DNA from: Acidimicrobiia bacterium
GTDB taxonomy: Bacteria; Actinomycetota; Acidimicrobiia; Spongiisociales; UBA11373
Reading direction: 5' to 3'
DNA length: 64,000 nucleotides
Assembly (NCBI GenBank): GCA_016215655.1
Contig: JACRIT010000004.1
Span: 13,492 to 77,491, forward strand
How positions within the stretch are numbered: the first letter of the stretch is position 1; every line of letters starts with the position of its first letter. The translations under genes and the position numbers were made by a program. Positions 38,442 through 47,620 of this stretch are shown here, piece after piece. Below the pieces are notes generated by a model. It saw only the letters and a list, made by a program, of their open reading frames with translations. It was not told the DNA's origin and made no database searches.

Positions 38442-39648
38442 TTGGCTTCAAGTGGTGGTCGCGACGTCTGACCTCGAGGAGGGGTTATGGGACGTCGGAA
38501 GACCGGCTGGGGCGTGGCGCGGGTGGCGTTGTTCGAGTTGGGTCGGGGGGCGACGTTGCTGGTGGCGGCGCGGGCCGCCGGGGTGTCGGTAGCGACGGTG
38601 ATCCGGTTGGCGGCCGAGTATGGGGTGATGCCACTGCCAGCTGCCAGGCCCCGAGAGAACGCGTTGACGGTTGCCGAGCGTGAGGAGGTTTTGTTGGGTA
38701 TCAGTCGGGATGAGTCGGATGCTTCGATCGGCCGCCGGTTGGGGCGGCATCGGGGCACCATCGGCCGTGAGATCCGTGCCGGTGGAGGCAGGGGACGGTA
38801 TCGGGCTCACCTCGGTCAGGATCGGGCGGAACGGGCGGCGCGGCGGAACCGGCCGAGGTGGTGGCAGACCCGCCCCTGGTTGTGGGACGAGGTGTGCCGG
38901 CTCTTGGAGGAGAAGTGGTCGCCGCAACAGATCGCCGGACGGTTACGCACCGATCATCCCGATGAGCCAGCATGGTGGGTGTCGCACGAGTCGATCTACC
39001 AGGCGATCTACGTCCAGCCCAAAGGTGAGCTGAAAAGCCGCATCGTCAAGGCCTTGCGCCAACCACGAGAGCGTCGACGGCCCCGGGCCAAGGTGGCCCC
39101 AACCCCGGGTCAGGGTCGTATCCCCGAGATGATCAACATCTCCCAACGGCCCGCCGAAGCCAACGACCGGGCGGTGCCCGGCCACTGGGAAGGAGACCTA
39201 CTCATCGGCGCCCACGGCAGCTCCGCGGTCGCCACCCTGGTGGAACGCTCTACCCGCTTCGGAGTCCTCATCGCCCTCGACAACCACACCGCCACCCATG
39301 TCGCCGAACGAATCGCCCAAGCCGCCGCCACCCTGCCCGAACATCTGAAACGATCCCTCACCTGGGACCAAGGCAAAGAACTCGCCACCCACACCAGCTT
39401 CTCGACCGCCACCGACATCCCGGTGTTCTTCTGCGACCCCGCCTCACCATGGCAACGAGGCACTAACGAGAACTGGAACGGTCTCGTCCGCCAATACCTC
39501 CCCAAAGGCACCGACCTCAGCCACCACACCCAAGACCAACTCGACGCCATCGCCGCCAGCCTCAACAACCGACCACGCCAAACCCTCGGATGGAATACTC
39601 CCGCCGAACGATTCAACCAACTCGTCGCGGCCAACCCTTGAGACCGCA
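38442..39648 (+). mobile_element. IS30-family insertion sequence
   Basis: Imperfect terminal IRs (18/23) at 38444-38466 and 39623-39645; flanked by a 17-bp direct repeat GCGAATTGCGAATTGCC at 38425-38441 and 39649-39665. Confidence 0.92.
38487..39641 (+). CDS. IS30-family transposase
   Basis: [28 protein letters not shown] and [21 protein letters not shown] motifs. Confidence 0.97.
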   Translation: MGRRKTGWGVARVALFELGRGATLLVAARAAGVSVATVIRLAAEYGVMPLPAARPRENALTVAEREEVLLGISRDESDASIGRRLGRHRGTIGREIRAGGGRGRYRAHLGQDRAERAARRNRPRWWQTRPWLWDEVCRLLEEKWSPQQIAGRLRTDHPDEPAWWVSHESIYQAIYVQPKGELKSRIVKALRQPRERRRPRAKVAPTPGQGRIPEMINISQRPAEANDRAVPGHWEGDLLIGAHGSSAVATLVERSTRFGVLIALDNHTATHVAERIAQAAATLPEHLKRSLTWDQGKELATHTSFSTATDIPVFFCDPASPWQRGTNENWNGLVRQYLPKGTDLSHHTQDQLDAIAASLNNRPRQTLGWNTPAERFNQLVAANP

Positions 39649-39675
39649 GCGAATTGCGAATTGCCAATCGCCGCC

Positions 39676-40584
39676 CTAGTGCTCCCGGCGCGACGTCACC
39701 CACGCTCCCACGAGGATCAGCACCATGCCCACGGCGGCGATGGCATGGATCGACTCGTGGCGCACCACCACTCCGAGGATGATGGCGACCACGGGGACGA
39801 AGTAGATCGCCACCGAGCCGCGGGTGCTGCCGACACGGCCCACCAGATTGACCATGAGCACCAGGGCGAGGCCGGTACCCAGCACTCCCAGTGGAATCAT
39901 GGCGAGGGCGGAGTCCCACGCCCACGACGACCCCGGCACCTGGAACAGCCCGATGGGTGCGACCACGGCGATGGCGACGAGCTGGGCTCGCAGCAGCACC
40001 GGGGCTGCTCCGTAGCGCTGCTGGAGAGGTACCGCCATGTTCCCGGACAACCCGTACATGGCGACGGCGAGGACGATGAGGCTCGTGCCGAACACGGTGG
40101 CGCTCGAATCGCCGAGTTCGGGGAGGAAGATCAAGACCATTCCCGTGAACCCGATGGCGATTCCCGCCAACTGGCGGCGGCCGGGCAGCCGGCGCATGAG
40201 GATGGTGGCCCAGACCGCGGTGGTGATGGGAACCGCGCCATTGATCATTCCCGCCACCGATGAGTCGATCCACTGCTGCGCTATGGGAAACAGCGAGAGC
40301 GGGATCGCCATCCAGATGATCCCGAGGGCGGCCACCCGGGTCCGATCCACCGGGTCGATGGGTCGGCGCGCCGCCGGCACGAGGGCAAGGGCACCGGCGC
40401 CGAGGACGAGGCGGGCCAGGGTCACAACCCCGGGTTTGAAGGCGTCGAGGCCGATGGCCATGAACAGGAACGACGATCCCCAGATCAGTGCGATGCCTCC
40501 GAGGAGGCCCCAGTCGGCGAGCGTGAAGGCGTCCTTGTGGGTGCCGTGAGCGGTCAGTGCAGAGGCGGCTCGAGTCGTGGTCAT
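39676..40584 (-). CDS. DMT/EamA family transporter
   Basis: IWGSSF; two EamA repeats, about 10 TM. Confidence 0.9.
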   Translation of the reverse strand: MTTTRAASALTAHGTHKDAFTLADWGLLGGIALIWGSSFLFMAIGLDAFKPGVVTLARLVLGAGALALVPAARRPIDPVDRTRVAALGIIWMAIPLSLFPIAQQWIDSSVAGMINGAVPITTAVWATILMRRLPGRRQLAGIAIGFTGMVLIFLPELGDSSATVFGTSLIVLAVAMYGLSGNMAVPLQQRYGAAPVLLRAQLVAIAVVAPIGLFQVPGSSWAWDSALAMIPLGVLGTGLALVLMVNLVGRVGSTRGSVAIYFVPVVAIILGVVVRHESIHAIAAVGMVLILVGAWVTSRREH

Positions 40585-40622
40585 GCCGGGTACCAACCCC
40601 GCTCCGGGCTCCGGGGTTGCAC

Positions 40623-41081
40623 TCACGTGGGGGTGCCGGAATGCGGGGCAAGGGCTTCGGCGAGCGTGGTCCAGGCCAGGTCGGCGCACTTGACCCGTAC
40701 GGGGAAGCGGCGCACTCCAGCGAGGGACTCGATGTCGCCCAGCACCGCTCCCGGGCGCTCCGGGTCGAGTCCCGGGTCGCCTTCTTCGATGTCGAGGAGG
40801 CGCTTCACCTGATGGGTGAGCGCGTCGATCTCGGCGAGCGTCTTCCCCACGATGCGGTCGGCCATCATCGAGGCCGAGGCCTGGCTGATCGAGCATCCCC
40901 GTCCGGTGATGGCGACGTCGATCACCCGACCGTCGCGCAGCGCCAGGTCCAGGGCGATCTCGTCGCCGCACAACGGGTTGTTGCCATCGGCGTGGGCATC
41001 GGGCGCGGCGAGGCTGCCCGAGCGCCGCGGGTTGCGGTAATGATCGAGAATCACCTGGCGGTAGAGCTCGTCAAGCGACAC
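40623..41081 (-). CDS. sufU: SUF system NifU-like protein SufU
   Basis: LYRQVILDHY, NPLCGD, GCSISQASAS and RVKCA motifs. Confidence 0.95.
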   Translation of the reverse strand: MSLDELYRQVILDHYRNPRRSGSLAAPDAHADGNNPLCGDEIALDLALRDGRVIDVAITGRGCSISQASASMMADRIVGKTLAEIDALTHQVKRLLDIEEGDPGLDPERPGAVLGDIESLAGVRRFPVRVKCADLAWTTLAEALAPHSGTPT

Positions 41082-42300
41082 CGAACAGCCTCCGAGCCTC
41101 ATGGAGTGCAGCGACGAGCACGTCGACCTCGCCCGGCACGTTGTAGAGATAGAACGACGCCCGGGCGGTGGCCGGGACGTCGAGCACCCGCATGAGGGGC
41201 TTGGCGCAATGGTGCCCGGCGCGCACCGCGACCCCGGATTGATCGAGGATGGTCGCCAGATCGTGGGGGTGGATGTCGGCAAGGGTGAACGACACGGCAC
41301 CGCCGCGCTGGGCGGTGTCGTCGGGTCCATACACGGTGAGGTCGGGGATCTCCGCAAGCCGGTCGAGGGCATACCGGGTGATCTCACGCTCGTGGTCGCG
41401 GACCCGATCCATGCCCACGGCCTCCAGGTAATCGACCGCGGCGCCGAACCCCACCGCTTCGGCGATGGGCGGGGTCCCTGCCTCGAACTTGTGCGGGAGA
41501 TCGGCCCAGGTGGAGGAGTGGAGCTGGACGTCACGGATCATCTCACCGCCGCCCTCGGCGGGTTCCATCTCCTCGAACCGATCGCGACGACCCCACAGCG
41601 CTCCGACGCCGGTGGGACCAAGCATCTTGTGGGCGCTGAAGGCGAGGAAGTCGGCACCGATGGCTCGAACATCGGTGGGGTGATGGGGGACCAACTGGGC
41701 AGCATCGATCACGGAGATCGCACCGACCGCGCGCGCCGCCGCCACGGCTTCGGCGAGCGGGCCGATCGTGCCGAGGACGTTCGACATGCCCGAGAAGGCA
41801 ACGATCTTGACGCGAGAGTCGATGACATCGCCGATGGCGCCCACATCGACGCGGAAGTCGGCGGTCAATGGCAGGTACGTCAGTTCGGCACCGGTCACCC
41901 GGGCGACCAGCTGCCAGGGCACGATGTTGGCGTGATGTTCCATCGTCGTGAGGGCGATGCGGTCACCGGGTTGGAGGTGGTGCAGCCCCCAGCCATAGGC
42001 GACGGCATTGATCGCCGACGTGGTACCCCGGGTGAAGACGACCTCTTCGGGCGCCGCCGCATTGATGAAGCGGGCCACGCGGCGGCGGGCCCCCTCGTAG
42101 AGCTCGGTCGCCTCCTCGGCCATGGTGTAGGCCCCGCGGTGCACATTGGCGTTGTGATGGCGGTAGTAGTCGTCCATGGCATCGAGGACTTGAACCGGCT
42201 TCTGGGTGGTGGCGGCGCTGTCGAGGTAGACGAGCGGCTTGCCATGCACCTGCCGGTCCAGGATGGGGAAGTCGGCGCGGAGGTGGGAGAGATCTAGCAC
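41071..42300 (-). CDS. sufS: cysteine desulfurase SufS
   Basis: YLDSAATTQKP, EHHAN, FSAHKM and RAGHHCA motifs. Confidence 0.97.
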   Translation of the reverse strand: MLDLSHLRADFPILDRQVHGKPLVYLDSAATTQKPVQVLDAMDDYYRHHNANVHRGAYTMAEEATELYEGARRRVARFINAAAPEEVVFTRGTTSAINAVAYGWGLHHLQPGDRIALTTMEHHANIVPWQLVARVTGAELTYLPLTADFRVDVGAIGDVIDSRVKIVAFSGMSNVLGTIGPLAEAVAAARAVGAISVIDAAQLVPHHPTDVRAIGADFLAFSAHKMLGPTGVGALWGRRDRFEEMEPAEGGGEMIRDVQLHSSTWADLPHKFEAGTPPIAEAVGFGAAVDYLEAVGMDRVRDHEREITRYALDRLAEIPDLTVYGPDDTAQRGGAVSFTLADIHPHDLATILDQSGVAVRAGHHCAKPLMRVLDVPATARASFYLYNVPGEVDVLVAALHEARRLFGVA

Positions 42301-42335
42301 GGCCCCAGCCCCCAGTCCCCGGTCCCCAGTCCGGG
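42301..42335. repeat. short heptamer tract (GNCCCCA-type) between sufC and sufS
   Basis: ggcccca gccccca gtccccg gtcccca gtcc. Confidence 0.6.
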
Positions 42336-42349
42336 GGGGTGAAGCCTCA

Positions 42350-43105
42350 TCACGATCCCGAACCGCCGCGAAAGGAGTCGTAGCCTTCGAGTTCGATCCT
42401 GCGGGCGAGTTCGGGGCCAGCGGTATCGACGATGCGGCCGTCCACGAACACGTGCACGACATCGGGGGTGATGTGCTCGAGCAGGCGCTGATAGTGCGTG
42501 ATCACGAGGAACCCTCGATCCGGTGACTGCAGGCGCTCGACGCCCTCCGCCACGACCCGTAGGGCGTCGACATCGAGACCGGAGTCGGTCTCGTCCATGA
42601 TCACCATCTCCGGCTCGAGCACCGCCATCTGCAGCACCTCGTTGCGCTTGCGTTCGCCGCCCGAGAAGCCCTCATTGAGGTAGCGGTCGGCGAACCCGGA
42701 GTCCATGCCGAGGGCGCGCATCGTGTCGGCGACCTTGAGGCGCAACTCCAGGACCGTGTACTCCGTCCCGGTGCGGTTCGACAATGCCGCCCGGAGGAAG
42801 TTGACCACCGTGACTCCCGGTATCTCCTCGGGATACTGGAAGGCGAGGAACATGCCGGCCCGGCCGCGGGCATCGGCGGTCCAGTGGGTGGCATCTTCGC
42901 CCTTATAGCGGATCGCCCCGCGGGTGACCTCGTAGCCGGGATGTCCCATGAGGACGTTGCCGAGGGTCGACTTCCCCGACCCGTTGGGGCCCATGAGGGC
43001 GTGGGTTTCGCCCCGTCCGATCTCCAACGACACGCCGCGGAGGATGGGGACGCCACCCGCAGAGGCATGGAGGTCGTCGATCACGAGGAGAGGGGAGTCG
43101 GCCAT
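42350..43105 (-). CDS. sufC: Fe-S cluster assembly ATPase SufC (paralogue 2)
   Basis: GPNGSGKST, FQYPEEIPGV, NEGFSGGERKR, DETDSGLD and THYQRLL motifs. Confidence 0.95.
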   Translation of the reverse strand: MADSPLLVIDDLHASAGGVPILRGVSLEIGRGETHALMGPNGSGKSTLGNVLMGHPGYEVTRGAIRYKGEDATHWTADARGRAGMFLAFQYPEEIPGVTVVNFLRAALSNRTGTEYTVLELRLKVADTMRALGMDSGFADRYLNEGFSGGERKRNEVLQMAVLEPEMVIMDETDSGLDVDALRVVAEGVERLQSPDRGFLVITHYQRLLEHITPDVVHVFVDGRIVDTAGPELARRIELEGYDSFRGGSGS

Positions 43106-43166
43106 CGGGGTTGGAGGATACGGGTGGGTTGGTCGGTAGCCAAGGTCGGCCGCCTGGGGGCGGCCT

Positions 43167-43330
43167 CCCGCAATGTGCAACTCGTCAGTCCCGGTCCTCG
43201 CGCTGGATCGGGTCGTATGGCTCGGGATCTGGGACCGACAGTGGTTCTCGGCGCAATTCGTCAAACGTGCGCTGGCTCCCGGACGCGTCTCACGAATTGC
43301 GAATTGCGCTCCCGGGATTGACGAGCTGCG
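43167..43330 (+). repeat. ~140-bp dispersed element, copy C, plus an extra inverted half-site
   Basis: 43167-43308 is homologous to copies A and B; 43312-43329 is a 16/18 inverted match to 43177-43194. Confidence 0.85.
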
Positions 43331-43359
43331 GATCTGGCGTCTCGCCTGTCCGCTCACCC

Positions 43360-44292
43360 CTATCCGCGCAGAAGCCCAAACGTCTCCTCGAGCATCTCGG
43401 TCTCGAAGCCTCCGAACCTCTGCACATAGAGCCGGTTCATTCCGAGCGCCTCGAGTTCGGCGAGCCGGTGGCGCGCTTCTGCGGCGGTGCCGATCGGGAA
43501 TCCCCGTTCCCGGTGATGGGCCTCGATCTCGTCCGCTGTGGAGTTCCACGGGTCGCCGGAGGCTTCGCGGGCGAGGTTGCGCTCGAAGTCCGCCCGGGTG
43601 GCCCCGATGATGACGTCGCACATCACACTGAAGCGGAGGGCACTCGGGTCTCGCCCGGCACGTTCCGCCGACTCGCGGGCGCGGGCGATGCGGAGCGGGA
43701 TGTCGCTGTCGGGCCTCAGGGTGATGTTGTACTCGTCGCCGTAGATCCCGGCGAGGCGGGGGGTGCGGCGATCCCCCGCTCCTCCGACGATGATGCGAAG
43801 GTTCGGCGCCTGGGGCTCCACCGCCGCGGCGTCGAGGGTGTAGTGGGTGCCGCGGAAGGCGCCCCCCGTGCGCCCCAGGGCATGGGAGAGGTACCCCAAC
43901 GCCTCTTCGAGACGGGAGAATCGTTCGGGGAGCTCGGGGAAGGGGATTCCGAACCGGGCGTGCTCGTGCTCGTTCCATCCGGTGCCGATGCCGAGGACGA
44001 AGCGTCCCATCGACATCTCATCGAGCGTCGCGGCCACCTTGGCGATCACTGCCGGATGCCGGAAGGTGATGGGGGTGACGAGCACCACGAGTTCGACGCG
44101 CGAGGTCTCCCGGGCCAACCCGGCGAGGGTGGCAAAGGCGTCGAGCGTGTGCAGGCCGGGCAGGCGCGCGGTGGCGTAATGGTCGGATCGGGCGAACGCC
44201 GCCAACCCGGTGCGGTCGGCAAACCGGGCGAGATCGAGCATGGTCCGATAGGTCATCCCGAGGTGCGGTTCGGTCATGAGGGCGAGCTGCAT
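43360..44292 (-). CDS. LLM-class (probably F420-dependent) oxidoreductase
   Basis: RSDHY, TLAGLARET, FRHP and GRFVLGIGTGW motifs. Confidence 0.88.
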   Translation of the reverse strand: MQLALMTEPHLGMTYRTMLDLARFADRTGLAAFARSDHYATARLPGLHTLDAFATLAGLARETSRVELVVLVTPITFRHPAVIAKVAATLDEMSMGRFVLGIGTGWNEHEHARFGIPFPELPERFSRLEEALGYLSHALGRTGGAFRGTHYTLDAAAVEPQAPNLRIIVGGAGDRRTPRLAGIYGDEYNITLRPDSDIPLRIARARESAERAGRDPSALRFSVMCDVIIGATRADFERNLAREASGDPWNSTADEIEAHHRERGFPIGTAAEARHRLAELEALGMNRLYVQRFGGFETEMLEETFGLLRG

Positions 44293-44447
44293 GAAATCCT
44301 TCCCGGTGGGAGGTCGGGGACACTGTGGCAGACGGCCGAGCCACCTGTCTCCTGCCGGCGCACGCCCGTGGGGTTGGTGACATCCCGCGCCTTGGCTCGC
44401 GAACCGGTGGATATCCCGGGGCGCGGGTTCACTAGCCTGTCGCCTTC

Positions 44448-45638
44448 ATGGAACTCCCCGGCTCCACGGGCGCCGCTCCGACGAACCTGATCTTCAGCGA
44501 GGAGCAGGTGATGCTCCGCGACACCGCCCGGCGCTTCCTCGAAGCCAAGACGCCCTCCACGGAGGTCCGCCGGCTCATGGAGACCGACGAGGGCTTCGAT
44601 GCCGGACTGTGGTCCGAGATCGCCCAACAGGGCTGGCAGGCGATGGCCATTCCCGAGGTCTACGGCGGCGCCGGGTTCTCCGTGATCGAGCAGGGGATCC
44701 TCATGGAGGAGATGGGTCGGTCGCTCTTCCCGGCTCCGTTCCTCTCCACGGTCGTGCTCGGAGCCGACCTCATCGTCCACGCCGGCACCGAGTCGCAGAA
44801 AAAGGATCTCCTCCCCGAGGTGGCCTCCGGAGCGCGCCGGGTGGCGTTGGCACAACTCGAGCCCCGCGGCGGGTGGGATGCCTCCGGCGTCACGATGGCC
44901 GCCCGTCGCGTCGGCGACGACCTCGTCATCACCGGCACCAAGTCGTTCGTCCTCGACGGCCATACCGCCGACACCCTGCTCGTGGCAGTCCGCACCGAGC
45001 CGGGTGCGACGGGAGTGGATGGCATCAGCCTCGTCGTGGTCGATGCCACCGCCCCGGGCGTGACCCGGCGCCGGCTGGAGACGATGGACATGACCCGCAA
45101 GCAGGCCGAGATCCAATTCGACGGCGTGCGAGTACCGGTGACGGCCATCCTTGGTGACTCCGGATCGGGCTGGCGGGCGATCGCCGACACGATGACCCGG
45201 GCGGTCGTCGCCCTGGCCTTCGAACAGGTCGGGGGTGCCCAGCGGTGCCTGGAGATGGCCGTCGAGTACGCCAAGGTCCGGGTGCAGTTCGGACGTCCGA
45301 TCGGATCGTTCCAGGCGATCAAGCACAAATGTGCCGACATGCTGGTGCTCGTCGAGTCGGCGAAGTCGGCGGCCTATCACGCCGCATGGGCGGTGGCGGC
45401 GGGCGACCCCGAGGCGGCGATCGCGGCCCCGCTGGCCAAGTCGTATTGCTCCGAGGCCTACTTCCACTGCGCCGCGGAGAACATCCAGATCCACGGCGGC
45501 ATCGGGTTCACGTGGGAGCACGACGCCCACCTCTATTTCAAGCGAGCCAAGACGGATGAGCTGCTGTTCGGTTCTCCTGCCGAGCACCGGGCGATGCTGG
45601 CAGAGGCTCTCGGGTTCGGAGCGAAGCCGAAGGGTTGA
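44448..45638 (+). CDS. acyl-CoA dehydrogenase family protein
   Basis: FSEEQ, GTKSFV, RVQFGRPIGSFQAIKH and QIHGGIGFTWE motifs. Confidence 0.92.
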   Translation: MELPGSTGAAPTNLIFSEEQVMLRDTARRFLEAKTPSTEVRRLMETDEGFDAGLWSEIAQQGWQAMAIPEVYGGAGFSVIEQGILMEEMGRSLFPAPFLSTVVLGADLIVHAGTESQKKDLLPEVASGARRVALAQLEPRGGWDASGVTMAARRVGDDLVITGTKSFVLDGHTADTLLVAVRTEPGATGVDGISLVVVDATAPGVTRRRLETMDMTRKQAEIQFDGVRVPVTAILGDSGSGWRAIADTMTRAVVALAFEQVGGAQRCLEMAVEYAKVRVQFGRPIGSFQAIKHKCADMLVLVESAKSAAYHAAWAVAAGDPEAAIAAPLAKSYCSEAYFHCAAENIQIHGGIGFTWEHDAHLYFKRAKTDELLFGSPAEHRAMLAEALGFGAKPKG

Positions 45639-45649
45639 TCGGGACTGCC

Positions 45650-45700
45650 GCGAGCAGCTTGCGGCCGGTGTGACCTTCCGCGGGACTGCGAGCTGCTCGC
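45650..45700. terminator. stem-loop between convergent genes
   Basis: gcgagcagcttgcgg pairs with ctgcgagctgctcgc (with G-U pairs). Confidence 0.5.
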
Positions 45701-45730
45701 CCCTCTCTCGGAGCTCCGGAACTCTGCGAC

Positions 45731-46360
45731 CTAGCCCGCCGGCGTCATGGCCACCAGCGTTGCCGCGATCTCGGTGATCGTCTCCGGCGGCAGTTCACCA
45801 GACGTCCTGCCCGCCACCAAGCCGTCTGGGCTCACGAACACCCAGAAGGGGAAGGCGTCCAGACCGAAGGCGGAGCCGACCGAGTACGAGGTGTCATCCA
45901 CGATCGTGGGGACATTCCAATCCTCGCCCGCGAGCCACTCCGACGGAGGGAAGTTCACCCGCGTCGAGGAGGTCGACGTGGCGACGGCGATGAGATCGAG
46001 GCCCTCGGGAAGGTTCCCCGCCTCGACCCAATCTTGCACCACCGGCACTTCTGCCTGGCAGTGGGAACACCAGTGGGCGAGGAAGATGATGATCTTGGGT
46101 CGCCCGTCGTGGGCGATGCGCACCTCGGTGCCGTCGAAGTCGGCACCGACCACTTCGGGGATGACGAAGCCCAGCGCAGGATCCGTGCCGGTGGTGGCGG
46201 GAGGCAGCGCGGTCCCCGTGACCTCGGGAGTGCCGAACTCGCCTTCCTCGCTGACCCCCTCCTTGTCCATGGTGAGGATGACCGTGGCGATGAGCGCTAT
46301 GGCGCCGATGCCGATCAATACGGGGAGGAGCGGGAACTTCCGGGGCGCCTGCGTGGTCAT
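45731..46360 (-). CDS. membrane-anchored thioredoxin-fold protein (TlpA/DsbE-like)
   Basis: N-terminal TM; WCSHC motif and a downstream FP (cis-Pro-type) motif. Confidence 0.85.
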   Translation of the reverse strand: MTTQAPRKFPLLPVLIGIGAIALIATVILTMDKEGVSEEGEFGTPEVTGTALPPATTGTDPALGFVIPEVVGADFDGTEVRIAHDGRPKIIIFLAHWCSHCQAEVPVVQDWVEAGNLPEGLDLIAVATSTSSTRVNFPPSEWLAGEDWNVPTIVDDTSYSVGSAFGLDAFPFWVFVSPDGLVAGRTSGELPPETITEIAATLVAMTPAG

Positions 46361-46953
46361 GGTGTCGGGTCCTCCGAGGGGTGTACGGCGGCGTCGGGGG
46401 CATCGGCCGACGGCTCCACGCCGCGGTCGAGCAGGAGCACGGTCACGATCACTGCAAAGCAGACGAATGCCATGAAGGCGATCGACACCAGATCGAACTT
46501 CCAGACCCACACCTGGCTGCAGGGGATCTGGAGACTGCACTCACCCACCTGGAGATCGGGGAACCGTTCCACGGCGTAGTGGTACATCGAGATGATCCCC
46601 CCGGGAACCGCCAAGGCGAGAACGTACCGGCGGATGGCGTAGTCGCGTCGCACCATGGCGATGCCGAGGATCACCACCAGGGGGTACATGGCGATGCGCT
46701 GGTACCAGCAGTACTCGCAGGGCGGGAACCCGGCCACCTCCGAGTAGTAGAGGCTGCCCAGCATGGCAATCGTCGCCATGCCCCAGGCGAGGCGCAGACC
46801 CTGTCCCGCCACCGAGAGCCGGATCGACGCGAAGAGTCTTGCGGCTCGACTCGAGGCGAGGGCGACGAGACGCACCACCCACACCGCGACCACGCAGGCC
46901 AGCAGCATCAAGGCCCCGACCGCGAGGAAGGTGGAGACGGTGTCGATCGTCAT
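46357..46953 (-). CDS. dsbB: disulfide bond formation protein B (DsbB/BdbC-like)
   Basis: GSLYYSE, PCEYCWYQRIAMYP and a second Cys pair (C-x5-C). Confidence 0.88.
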   Translation of the reverse strand: MTIDTVSTFLAVGALMLLACVVAVWVVRLVALASSRAARLFASIRLSVAGQGLRLAWGMATIAMLGSLYYSEVAGFPPCEYCWYQRIAMYPLVVILGIAMVRRDYAIRRYVLALAVPGGIISMYHYAVERFPDLQVGECSLQIPCSQVWVWKFDLVSIAFMAFVCFAVIVTVLLLDRGVEPSADAPDAAVHPSEDPTP

Positions 46954-47203
46954 CGGCGGGATGCAGGGTACCGTGGGCGGCGAGGAGGTATCTTCACCTC
47001 GTGCTCGTGCATTCGGGCCAGCGGGTCGAAATCGGAGGGTGGTATCTCGACGCCCACCGCCACCCGGTGTTCTTGCGCAGCGGCGACCCGGCTCCCATCT
47101 GTCCTCGATTCGGGCCATCGGCGGTGATGTGGCGGTTGGTGATCCCGCTTCCCCTTCCCACCCCGCGGCGATAACGGCCCCTGCCCGCAGGTACCATCCC
47201 GGC

Positions 47204-47620
47204 ATGAGCGCATTGGCCGGGGGACTGTTGTTGGCCGCCGTCCTGGTGGCGATCGTTGCGGCCTTCCTGTGGCAGGGCGGGCGCCGCTTTCGGGACGGCG
47301 GAGCCGTCATCTACGCCCTCGATGATGCGAGTCGCTTCGTCCACGGGCGTCTCGATCCGGCGACCCGGGACCGAGTGACGCCTGGCCAGGTGCGACGGGT
47401 GCTCGAATGGCAGATCGAGTACCAGCAGGTGGTGGCACCACGAGCCGGGCTGCGTCCCGTCATCGGTGGTGGTGACGCGATGGAGCACATCCTCGAGCGT
47501 GCCGGGGAGCGTGGCGACACCCTCGATCCCGTGGATGTGGCCGAGATCATGGCTGCCGACGTCGAGTACCTCATGTCGATCCACGCCGTCGGGGCTCCGG
47601 CCGAGGGTGGCGTCGGATGA
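47204..47620 (+). CDS. hypothetical single-TM protein
   Basis: N-terminal TM; TACCAT 6 nt upstream; ATGA overlap with the next gene. Confidence 0.65.
   Translation: MSALAGGLLLAAVLVAIVAAFLWQGGRRFRDGGAVIYALDDASRFVHGRLDPATRDRVTPGQVRRVLEWQIEYQQVVAPRAGLRPVIGGGDAMEHILERAGERGDTLDPVDVAEIMAADVEYLMSIHAVGAPAEGGVG

Noticed and set aside
44448..44500. Lost start codon in the acyl-CoA dehydrogenase (ACG at the family-typical start TNLIFSEEQ)
   Set aside because: An in-frame ATG lies 11 codons upstream with a TAGCCT element before it, so the gene is probably intact.
46954..47203. Cobalamin riboswitch upstream of the mutase operon
   Set aside because: No recognisable B12-box or conserved core by eye, and the first gene looks leaderless. 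An Rfam scan would settle it.
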